This document shows positions 25,146-36,281 of a stretch of 64,000 bases of DNA, in pieces; the stretch's first letter is position 1, and each line of letters begins with the position of its first letter. This DNA is from Cyanophora paradoxa CCMP329 (lineage: Eukaryota; Plantae; Glaucophyta): contig QPMI01000712.1 of assembly GCA_004431415.1 (NCBI GenBank), positions 5,685 through 69,684 on the forward strand, in the 5' to 3' direction. The position numbers and the translations under genes are program-made. The notes under the pieces are model-generated. The model was given only the letters and a program-made list of their open reading frames with translations. It was not told the origin of the DNA and made no database searches.

Positions 25146-25460
25146 TCGGGGTTTGCGCAATTAAGCGTAAACCGAGTTTTGCGCCGACGGAATGAATAGA
25201 AGAGAAGCCAGAGCGCCAACTGCCTACCTTAGCTAGAAGGACCGAGCGACCGGACCGGCCTAAGCGACGGGTCCGGGCCTCGAGCACGGTATAGCAGAAT
25301 TCGAGTTCTGCACCGACTCCGGGGAGAACTCAGAATTTGATTCGGTCGCGCCCTGAGGCGAACGAAGGCCGGGGTACGGCCATTCCTTCGGCTGCCCTTC
25401 GGCATAACTTCGTCCTTGGTTGCCAGCTTGACCAGGCACCCAGCGGCGAAGCGAAATCGC
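25146..25460 (+). repeat. Repeat A (315 bp), left end of copy 1
   Basis: Same sequence as 30492-30806 and 51342-51656. Confidence 0.92.
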
Positions 25461-26140
25461 CACAGCCAGTTCATACCACCTGCGTTCAGCATGACGCAGC
25501 CGAACGCACCCGAATCGGCGATTCCGCCGACCGGCCACGCCAGCCTGCAGTGGAGCAAGCTAGCTCAGCGCTTCTTCTCCAAATCCCCTGCGGCGGGCGC
25601 GATCCAGCGAACCTTGCTCGATCCGTGGCCTGACGGCGTTCAGTCTTCCTGGATGATGCCCTGGCAGTCCGACGGATCCTCTCAGTCGCTCTTGGACTCT
25701 TACAACTGGGGCTTCCTAAAGCCCGGTACGCTCGTTCTCGGCCCGGCCGCCCGTCGGTTAGAAGATCTTCGACCGGCTATCTCGGGGCCGTGCCGCCAAC
25801 CGCGGCCGTGCACTTAGAACCCTAGCCCGAGCACTATCTCAGAAGAGTCTCGCTCGTTTAAGTGTCTGAGCCCGACAGCCCTTCCTTTTCTTTGTTTTCC
25901 CCTTCTCGATTCCGTCGCGACGCACACTTACGCATCTCGCGCATGGCCTCGCGACGGCTGGGTCGACGCGGCGATGACGGGCGCGACGAACTCCGCCTCG
26001 AAGCCGCCCCGACCACACCCGCGCCGCCATGCCCTGCCTGACATGCCGGCGGCGCGGCGCAGATGACGGCGGCCACCGAGCGAGAGAGCCAAAAACGGTG
26101 GCGCTCCAGGACCTCGGCGGCCGCCATCATCATACCTTGC

Positions 26141-26780
26141 GCGGTGTCCCGGCAGAGCCCGGCGCGCACACCGGCAGGAAGGCGGAGCGGCTCGCGGCCG
26201 GCGCGCCGGCGAGCCCCGCAGAGCGTCGAGGCACGACTGCGTGCTCCGCTTTCTTCCCCTGTGCGATGTCCCGGCGGAGCCCGGCGCGTACATCGACAGG
26301 AAGGCGGCGAGACCCACCGGCGCGCCGGGGTCTCCCGCGGGACGTCGAGGCACGGGTCGCGTGCTCCGTCCCACCTCGCGCAGTGCCCCGGCGGAGACCG
26401 GCGCGTGCACTGGCGAGAAGGCGGAGAGGCTCGCGGCCGGCGCGCCGGCGAACCCCGCAGAGCGTCCAGGCACGCCCGCGTGCTCCGCTCCCCTCCTTTT
26501 TTCCCTGTGTGATGTCCCGGCGGAGCCCGGCGCGTACATCGACAGGAAGGCGGCGCGACCCACCGGCGCGCCGGCGGGCCCCGCGGGACGTAGATGCACG
26601 GGCCGCGTGCTCCGTCCCACCTCGCGCAGTGCCCCGGCAGAGCCCGGCGCGCGCACTGGCGAGAAGGCGGAGAAGCTCGCGCCCGGCACGCCGGCGAGCC
26701 CCGCGGGACGTTGAGTCACAGTTACGTGCTCCGTCCTCTCCCGCGCGGTGCCCCGGCGGAGCCCGGCGCGCGCACCGGCG
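26141..26780 (+). repeat. ~120-bp tandem repeat (~5.3 units) inside predicted intron 1, copy 1
   Basis: Recurring GT(G/C)CCCGGC(A/G)GAGCCCGGCGCG...GTGCTCCG units. Confidence 0.85.
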
Positions 26781-29700
26781 AGGCAGCGGCGTTCCCCGTC
26801 GGCTCCGACGGCAGACCCCGCGAGAGTCGACGCGCGCCGCACCGCGCTCCTCTATCTAGCCTCCCGCCCTCCCCCGCCACGCCGCAGCCGCAACACACCG
26901 GCTGACACGGCCCCGCGCAGATAAGGACGCCGGCAGCGGCAGCAAGGCGATGAGCGTGTCCGCCTCCATGATCATCGACTACTGGCGCCACGCGCCCGAA
27001 CCGCATCGCCTCCTCTTCTGCGGCGACTGCGCGACGACGGCGGGGATCTTCCCCCCGTTCCTCTCCAGCGGCACGCTCGACGGCGGTCTCATGGTGGGCC
27101 GCCCCCGTCACGCCTGCATGACCCCCCGCTCGCTTATTAACCGACGGCCTGACAGTCTCGCCCGGCGGACGCGTCAACCATGCTGGTCACTTCTCTCGTC
27201 CCGATCATCGCTTTCGCGGTCGACGAGGCTAGTTTCTACGCCGTCGCCCCGTGTTCTTCCGACCCCACCAGCCCTGGCTACATGTCCGCATGCCCCGCCT
27301 CTCGACGTCACGCGTTAACCGCGATCGCCAGCGACTACTCGGCGGTGCGCGACTCGGTTCCGCGGGAGCTGTTCAACGAGGCGGTACTCCGCTTCGGCGA
27401 GTCGGCCGCCGTACTCCTGGCTACCTTCGGCGCCACCTGCCTCGAGGTCACGGAGTTCTACGGCTACAAGTACGGCACCATCCCTGTCGGCCTCCCGCGA
27501 GGGTTCCCGATTTACTACGACGACATTCCGTGCCGGTACGCCACTCCTCGCTCACCGTGCCGCGCCCCTCACCCTCCACAGTGACTGGGCGGCCCTCGAA
27601 CCCTGGGAAAAAGTGACGGCGCTCGGTGCGCTCACTCAGCTCTACGCCTGGTCCCCCGAGTCAGTCCCCAAGTACTCCAAGACGGCGGTAGCCGACGCCC
27701 ACGGCTGGCTCCGGCCCTTGCTTGTCACCTTCATCGAGAAAAGCAAGGCGCTCTCCCGCGATCACCGCAAGATCCTGCGCAACGACATCGTCGCCGCCTT
27801 CGGCCTGGCCCCGGTCCGGCCCGCGTCTCTCCAAAACGCGAGTGGCCGGCATCTCTTCCGGGCGGCCTGACAGTCGGCACCGTCCCCTTCGGAAAAGTCC
27901 GCCCGCCGCGCGCTCGCTGCACGCCAGCGCACTCAGCGGTCGCCCGCTTCGCAGTTCTCGTTCGCCGACTTCTCTCGCGCTTGCGGCTTCCACCCGGCCC
28001 ACTGGGACGCCTCCGCGGTGCTGCGCGACTGGGACCAGCCGGCCCACAAGGCCGTCAGCCTGTACTTCCCCCACATCTTGAAGGCGGCGGAGGCCGCGCG
28101 AAAACGCCGCGGCGCCGCGGCCTCGGGCGACGCCGACGCTGCCACCGCCGCCACCGCCAGCGCACCCCCAGCGGACCCCAAGTCGGTCCGCGCACACATT
28201 ACCCCCTCTCGCCTCGCCCACGCTCGCTGCCGATGCTTCTTTTTTCGCGGGCAGCGAGCACGGGCTCCGAAGGTGGCACATGGAGCGGCCGCGGCCCCCT
28301 CGGCACCCCCTCCGGCCCAGAAGCGCGCCGGTGCGCTACCCACCCCCGCTCATTTTTTACCGCCGCCCACCCCGCCGCGCAGGGGCAGCCCCGCCCACCG
28401 GCCTCGCTCCTCCGCGCCGCCCCGCGCCTGCCAAGCCGGCGGCTGCGGCCGGGAACACCGACACCGCCGACGCGGACGCGGACGACGACGTCGACCGCCC
28501 GCGCGCCTCGCGGTCGACCCGCCCGCCTAAGCGGACCAAGGCGACCGAGGCCTCGGCCCCGAAGGCCCCCCCGGCGCCCGCAGACTCAGCCGACGAAGGC
28601 GGCGAGTCAGACGCCCCGCCTTCACCCGCCGAGGAGGCGGAAGCACAGGCCCCGCCACCCAAACCCGCCAAGAGCCGCAAGGCCAAGACCGGTCCGTCCA
28701 CGCGCCCGCTGGCCTCCCCGGCGGCTCACCCCCGCCTAGGCGACCCCCTTGAGATTCGCCTGGCCCGACTTTCTGACCCGGCCCACTTCACCGCAGCCGA
28801 CCGCGACAAGGCCCTGCAGTTCGCCGAGACCCGCGACCTTCCCACGCCGAACCCGGCCCCGCGGTCTCCGACCTGCCGCCCGTTCCGCCGGCCAACCCGC
28901 AGGCGCTCGCGGCGTCCATGCTGCAAGCCGGCCTCGCCAGCATGGCCGGCGGCGGCCCGCCTCCCCCGTTCTGGCCCGCGGGAGTTCCGTCCCCGTTCCT
29001 GCAGCACCAGCAGCAGCCCCGCTACTCGGCCGCTTCCACGGTCACGCCAGCGGGCTGGGTCGTCCAGGCGCCCCCGCATTTCGCGGCTCCCTGGCCCTCC
29101 TCCGGCACCGCCAACCACGGCGCCGGCATGTTCCCGGGCTTCGGGGGCCCGCAGACCGACTGGTTCGGCCCCGCCGACCCCGGCTTCCGGATGCCGCCCG
29201 CCGGCCCGCAGCTCCCGCCCCGGCAGGCCGCTTCCCACACCGCCGCGCCACTCGCCGCCGGCCCCCGTGGGGTCCCCGCCGCCCGCTCCGGCAGCCGCGG
29301 GGCCACCCAGGCCGCGCAGAAGCTCGCCCCGCCCGCCGCCGCAGCGCCGACAGAGCAGCCCCCGACCTCATCCTCCACCCGCGCCCGACCGTTCGTCCCC
29401 AGCGACGCGGAGATGGAGGACGAGGCGGAATCCGACGCCCCCGGCGACGAACCCGCCGGCGAGGACGACTGGGCCGGCGACTGGGACTCGGACGACACCT
29501 CGACGCCGCAGGACGCCAGTCCCCACGTCGACGCTCCCTCCGAGTCCGGTACGGACTCGTGGCCGCCGCAGCCCAAACCCTCCCTCCGTCACACTGACCC
29601 GGGATCGTGCAGAATCCGCTGCCCCAGTGTACTTGTTGGACCGTTCAGATCGTGCAGAATCCGCTACCCGGGCGGCTGAAGGTCCGTTGGACTTGTGGGG

Positions 29701-30491
29701 CGCGGCGCGCAGGCCGGCCCAGGAGTTCGAGACCGGCGTCATGCGGCGCAGCGTCCGTGGCGCCGGCGTCAGCGGGGCCAGCGCTGGCGTGCACGTAGGC
29801 ACTGGCGCGGAAGCTAACTGCGAGGTACGCGGCCGTGCGCGTGGCTGGTACGCGTCCGGATCCGTACGCGGGGCTCGTACGACAGCTCTCGGCGTCATGC
29901 GGCGCGGCGTCCGCGGCCGAGCTCGAGGCACCGGCGTTGGCGGGGCTAGCACTAGCGTGGGCGCCGGAGCTAGCTGCGAAACCTGCAGTGGTAGTATCGG
30001 TGCTATAGCTAGGCGCCGGCACGCGACCGGACGCAGGGTTGGTGGTACTAGCTATAGTGCAGCTATTAAAGCGCCAATCGCGGATTGCGGAGGTATTGGG
30101 CCGCTTCGATTCCTTCGAATCATTGCCCGACTCACCGGTCGCATGAATAGAAAAAACTGTTCGCGTTGGAGTGTTTTGACGGCACGCGGCGGGGGTACCG
30201 GTAGGCGCAGTTTCGTCCGGGGCCCTGAGACGTTCCGACCGGAAGGGGAGGCTCCACCGGCCACTGCAGTAGGCGGCGGCGCTGATGTGGCTTCCGTGCT
30301 CCAGTCCAGCGATCAGGTTCTGGAGCATGCCGTAGCGCGGTCTAGCGAACGTGGTCCAGGAGGTGCTCCAGATGTAGACACGGCGACTGAGCTGCGAAAG
30401 TACTTGCGCGGCCTGCTGGATGCCGAGGCGAACAGCGCGGCGTGGAGCGGCAGCGACAGTAGCATCAGTACGGGGATTGGCCCCTCGCTGC

Positions 30492-30806
30492 TCGGGGTTT
30501 GCGCAATTAAGCGTAAACCGAGTTTTGCGCCGACGGAATGAATAGAAGAGAAGCCAGAGCGCCAACTGCCTACCTTAGCTAGAAGGACCGAGCGACCGGA
30601 CCGGCCTAAGCGACGGGTCCGGGCCTCGAGCACGGTATAGCAGAATTCGAGTTCTGCACCGACTCCGGGGAGAACTCAGAATTTGATTCGGTCGCGCCCT
30701 GAGGCGAACGAAGGCCGGGGTACGGCCATTCCTTCGGCTGCCCTTCGGCATAACTTCGTCCTTGGTTGCCAGCTTGACCAGGCACCCAGCGGCGAAGCGA
30801 AATCGC
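30492..30806 (+). repeat. Split direct repeat A1
   Basis: Same 315-bp sequence as A2 (51342-51656). Confidence 0.92.
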
Positions 30807-30836
30807 CACAGCCAGTTCATACCACCTGCGTTCAGC

Positions 30837-33800
30837 ATGACGCAGCCGAACGCACCCGAATCGGTGATTCCGCCGACCGGCCACGCCAGCCTGCAGTGGA
30901 GCAAGCTAGCTCAGCGCTTCTTCTCCAAATCCCCTGCGGCGGGCGCGATCCAGCGAACCTTGCTCGATCCGTGGCCTGACGGCGTTCAGTCTTCCTGGAT
31001 GATGCCCTGGCAGTCCGACGGATCCTCTCAGTCGCTCTTGGACTCTTACAACTGGGGCTTCCTAAAGCCCGGTACGCTCGTTCTCGGCCCGGCCGCCCGT
31101 CGGTTAGAAGATCTTCGACCGGCTATCTCGGGGCCGTGCCGCCAACCGCGGCCGTGCACTTAGAACCCTAGCCCGAGCACTATCTCAGAAGAGTCTCGCT
31201 CGTTTAAGTGTCTGAGCCCGACAGCCCTTCCTTTTCTTTGTTTTCCCCTTCTCGATTCCGTCGCGACGCACACTTACGCATCTCGCGCATGGCCTCGCGA
31301 CGGCTGGGTCGACGCGGCGATGACGGGCGCGACGAACTCCGCCTCGAAGCCGCCCCGACCACACCCGCGCCGCCATGCCCTGCCTGACATGCCGGCGGCG
31401 CGGCGCAGATGACGGCGGCCACCGAGCGAGAGAGCCAAAAACGGTGGCGCTCCAGGACCTCGGCGGCCGCCATCATCATACCTTGCGCGGTGTCCCGGCA
31501 GAGCCCGGCGCGCACACCGGCAGGAAGGCGGAGCGGCTCGCGGCCGGCGCGCCGGCGAGCCCCGCAGAGCGTCGAGGCACGACTGCGTGCTCCGCTTTCT
31601 TCCCCTGTGCGATGTCCCGGCGGAGCCCGGCGCGTACATCGACAGGAAGGCGGCGAGACCCACCGGCGCGCCGGGGTCTCCCGCGGGACGTCGAGGCACG
31701 GGTCGCGTGCTCCGTCCCACCTCGCGCAGTGCCCCGGCGGAGACCGGCGCGTGCACTGGCGAGAAGGCGGAGAGGCTCGCGGCCGGCGCGCCGGCGAACC
31801 CCGCAGAGCGTCCAGGCACGCCCGCGTGCTCCGCTCCCTCCTTTTTTCCCTGTGTGATGTCCCGGCGGAGCCCGGCGCGTACATCGACAGGAAGGCGGCG
31901 CGACCCACCGGCGCGCCGGCGGGCCCCGCGGGACGTAGATGCACGGGCCGCGTGCTCCGTCCCACCTCGCGCAGTGCCCCGGCAGAGCCCGGCGCGCGCA
32001 CTGGCGAGAAGGCGGAGAAGCTCGCGCCCGGCACGCCGGCGAGCCCCGCGGGACGTTGAGTCACAGTTACGTGCTCCGTCCTCTCCCGCGCGGTGCCCCG
32101 GCGGAGCCCGGCGCGCGCACCGGCGAGGCAGCGGCGTTCCCCGTCGGCTCCGACGGCAGACCCCGCGAGAGTCGACGCGCGCCGCACCGCGCTCCTCTAT
32201 CTAGCCTCCCCGCCCCTCCCCCGCCACGCCGCAGCCGCAACACACCGGCTGACACGGCCCCGCGCAGATAAGGACGCCGGCAGCGGCAGCAAGGCGATGA
32301 GCGTGTCCGCCTCCATGATCATCGACTACTGGCGCCACGTGCCCGAACCGCATCGCCTCCTCTTCTGCGGCGACTGCGCGACGACGGCGGGGATCTTCCC
32401 CCCGTTCCTCTCCAGCGGCACGCTCGACGGCGGTCTCATGGTGGGCCGCCCCCGTCACGCCTGCATGACCCCCCGCTCGCTTATTAACCGACGGCCTGAC
32501 AGTCTCGCCCGGCGGACGCGTCAACCATGCTGGTCACTTCTCTCGTCCCGATCATCGCTTTCGCGGTCGACGAGGCTAGTTTCTACGCCGTCGCCCCGTG
32601 TTCTTCCGACCCCACCAGCCCTGGCTACATGTCCGCATGCCCCGCCTCTCGACGTCACGCGTTAACCGCGATCGCCAGCGACTACTCGGCGGTGCGCGAC
32701 TCGGTTCCGCGGGAGCTGTTCAACGAGGCGGTACTCCGCTTCGGCGAGTCGGCCGCCGTACTCCTGGCTACCTTCGGCGCCACCTGCCTCGAGGTCACGG
32801 AGTTCTACGGCTACAAGTACGGCACCATCCCTGTCGGCCTCCCGCGAGGGTTCCGATTTACTACGACGACATTCCGTGCCGGTACGCCACTCCTCGCTCA
32901 CCGTGCCGCGCCCCTCACCCTCCACAGTGACTGGGCGGCCCTCGAACCCTGGGAAAAAGTGACGGCGCTCGGTGCGCTCACTCAGCTCTACGCCTGGTCC
33001 CCCGAGTCAGTCCCCAAGTACTCCAAGACGGCGGTAGCCGACGCCCACGGCTGGCTCCGGCCCTTGCTTGTCACCTTCATCGAGAAAAGCAAGGCGCTCT
33101 CCCGCGATCACCGCAAGATCCTGCGCAACGACATCGTCGCCGCCTTCGGCCTGGCCCCGGTCCGGCCCGCGTCTCTCCAAAACGCGAGTGGCCGGCATCT
33201 CTTCCGGGCGGCCTGACAGTCGGCACCGTCCCCTTCGGAAAAGTCCGCCCGCCGCGCGCTCGCTGCACGCCAGCGCACTCAGCGGTCGCCCGCTTCGCAG
33301 TTCTCGTTCGCCGACTTCTCTCGCGCTTGCGGCTTCCACCCGGCCCACTGGGACGCCTCCGCGGTGCTGCGCGACTGGGACCAGCCGGCCCACAAGGCCG
33401 TCAGCCTGTACTTCCCCCACATCTTGAAGGCGGCGGAGGCCGCGCGAAAACGCCGCGGCGCCGCGGCCTCGGGCGACGCCGACGCTGCCACCGCCGCCAC
33501 CGCCAGCGCACCCCAGCGGACCCCAAGTCGGTCCGCGCACACATTACCCCTCTCGCCTCGCCCACGCTCGCTGCCGATGCTTCTTTTTTCGCGGGCAGCG
33601 AGCACGGGCTCCGAAGGTGGCACATGGAGCGGCCGCGGCCCCTCGGCACCCCCTCCGGCCCAGAAGCGCGCCGGTGCGCTACCCACCCCGCTCATTTTTT
33701 ACCGCCGCCCACCCCGCCGCGCAGGGGCAGCCCCGCCCACCGGCCTCGCTCCTCCGCGCCGCCCGCGCCTGCCAAGCCGGCGGCTGCGGCCGGGAACACC

Positions 33801-36281
33801 GACACCGCCGACGCGGACGCGGACGACGACGTCGACCGCCCGCGCGCCTCGCGGTCGACCCGCCCGCCTAAGCGGACCAAGGCGACCGAGGCCTCGGCCC
33901 CGAAGGCCCCCCGGCGCCCGCAGACTCAGCCGACGAAGGCGGCGAGTCAGACGCCCCGCCTTCACCCGCCGAGGAGGCGGAAGCACAGGCCCCGCCACCC
34001 AAACCCGCCAAGAGCCGCAAGGCCAAGACCGGTCCGTCCACGCGCCCGCTGGCCTCCCCGGCGGCTCACCCCGCCTAGGCGACCCCCTTGAGATTCGCCT
34101 GGCCCGACTTTCTGACCCGGCCCACTTCACCGCAGCCGACCGCGACAAGGCCCTGCAGTTCGCCGAGACCCGCGACCTTCCCACGCCGAACCCGGCCCCC
34201 GCGGTCTCCGACCTGCCGCCCGTTCCGCCGGCCAACCCGCAGGCGCTCGCGGCGTCCATGCTGCAAGCCGGCCTCGCCAGCATGGCCGGCGGCGGCCCGC
34301 CTCCCCCGTTCTGGCCCGCGGGAGTTCCGTCCCCGTTCCTGCAGCACCAGCAGCAGCCCCGCTACTCGGCCGCTTCCACGGTCACGCCAGCGGGCTGGGT
34401 CGTCCAGGCGCCCCCGCATTTCGCGGCTCCCTGGCCCTCCTCCGGCACCGCCAACCACGGCGCCGGCATGTTCCCGGGCTTCGGGGGCCCGCAGACCGAC
34501 TGGTTCGGCCCCGCCGACCCCGGCTTCCGGATGCCGCCCGCCGGCCCGCAGCTCCCGCCCCGGCAGGCCGCTCCCCACACCGCCGCGCCACTCGCCGCCG
34601 GCCCCCGTGGGGTCCCCGCCGCCCGCTCCGGCAGCCGCGGGGCCACCCAGGCCGCGCAGAAGCTCGCCCCGCCCGCCGCCGCAGCGCCGACAGAGCAGCC
34701 CCCGACCTCATCCTCCACCCGCGCCCGACCGTTCGTCCCAGCGACGCGGAGATGGAGGACGAGGCGGAATCCGACGCCCCCGGCGACGAACCCGCCGGCG
34801 AGGACGACTGGGCCGGCGACTGGGACTCGGACGACACCTCGACGCCGCAGGACGCCAGTCCCCACGTCGACGCTCCCTCCGAGTCCGGTACGGACTCGTG
34901 GCCGCCGCAGCCCAAACCCTCCCTCCGTCACACTGACCCGGGATCGTGCAGAATCCGCTGCCCCAGTGTACAGCGGCAAGGCGACGCGCGGCCACGCCAA
35001 GGAGAAGGCTCCCCTCGGTCCGCGCTGATTGTTTTCCGCGGTCGGCCACAGCCCGGCCGACATGCCTTTTTGCAGAGGCTCCGGCCCCAAGAAGGCGCGC
35101 GGCGACGACAAGGCGAAGGGCGCCACCGCCCAGGCCAAGGCGACGGCGGCAGAGAAGGCCGCGCCACCGGCCGAGCCCCCCTCGTCTACGAGGGCCTCCC
35201 CGAGCTCACGCTGCGCGAGACGGCCTTCGCCAAGCTCAACATTCCCTCCACGGCGGTCGACAACTCCGCCCGCGTCACGGACTTGGCCGCCCGTATCAAG
35301 GAAATCGAGTCGTGCTTCGACAACGCCGTCTTCCCGGCGACAGTCAGCAGCGACCCTTCCCCGACGAGCGCATCACCACGGCTCTTGCCAAGTACGGCAT
35401 CGCCTGCATGCGCGATCTGGCGCGCTTCTCCCACGGCCTGGTGCTGCGCGACATGGGCAACTCGGAACTCCGCCAGGCCATCGCGGCGTTCGACCAGGTC
35501 GGCGACGTCATCAACCGCCTACCCGGCGGCCCGACCGGCCCCTCGGCCAACTCCTGACGGACTGGAACGCCCTCACCCGCCCGGTCTACAAGAAGCTTCG
35601 GGACATCGCCCAGACGTCGGCGGTGCTCCAGGCCTGCCTCGAGGACGACCCGCTCTTCAAGCGTCTCCTCAAGCGGCTGCAAGACAGCGTGAGCGCGTGG
35701 ACGGAGCCACGGGAGCTACTGTCGTCCTACGGCCGGACGAGCCGCAAGCGGAGCTCCTTCTTCATGATGCCACCGCTCGCTCGCACGGAGCTTCCGCAGC
35801 CCCGCCCGGACAAGGCCCCACTCGCCCCACACTCTCCCATGCGGCGCTCTTCTCCCAGGCCTCGCAGGCCGGTCCGTCCGCCCCACCTGCTCCTCCGCCC
35901 GGACCGACCCTCGGTCAGCCCACTCCTACGGCGGCGTCGCGACCTTCTCCTACGACGACGACGGTGACGTCGAGGACCCCGGCTCCGGCGGGCCAACCCA
36001 CCGCGGCCAGCAGCGCGGGCGCGCCTGGAAGCAGGCCCGGCGGCAGTACGGGACTGCCCAGCCGGCCCAGCCCCAACCCCACCACCGTCAGCGGGGCGGA
36101 GGCCGCGGCGGCGCCGTCCAGCGGCCCCCCGGCGCAAGCCGCAGCCGCCGGCCGACGGCTGAGCCGCTTCCACTCCTGGCGCGGGTGTTTGCGGCGACAC
36201 CCCTCCGGCGGCTGCCGCCGACCGCAAGGGGCCCCCCGTGCCAGCCGTTCCCCCCGCCACGACCCTTCCAGTAGACTGTGA
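30837..36281 (+). CDS. Spliced ORF1 (gag position) of the YR retrotransposon, roughly 1,250-1,300 aa, ~8 introns; 3' end approximate
   Basis: GT-AG introns at 31072-32267, 32441-32502, 33160-33219, 33531-33598, 33674-33724, 34032-34078, 34888-34951 and 35018-35075 join otherwise separate frames. Intron 3 removes the TGA at 33214. A few homopolymer corrections are also needed. Confidence 0.65.
31487..32125 (+). repeat. ~120-bp tandem repeat (~5.3 units, alternating variants) inside predicted intron 1, copy 2
   Basis: Unit starts at ~31490, 31611, 31729, 31856, 31974 and 32093. Confidence 0.85.

Larger units (their letters stand above)
25146..29632 (+). mobile_element. 3'-truncated copy 1 of the YR retrotransposon (A1 repeat and first part of ORF1)
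   Basis: Near-identical to 30492-34971, with a few substitutions and homopolymer indels; diverges after CCCCAGTGTAC. Confidence 0.9.

Noticed and set aside
25146-25460. Repeat A as the LTR of the gypsy element
   Set aside because: No TG...CA ends or PBS; it interrupts the gypsy ORF and fits the A1..B1-A2-B2 layout of the YR element.
25330-25460. Hammerhead or HDV-like ribozyme in repeat A
   Set aside because: Hairpins are present, but I could not fit the CUGANGA/GAAA core or the HDV pseudoknot; an Infernal search is needed.
33214-33216. Programmed stop-codon readthrough or nonsense mutation in ORF1
   Set aside because: The TGA lies inside a 60-nt in-frame GT-AG intron (33160-33219) whose acceptor is identical to that of intron 2.
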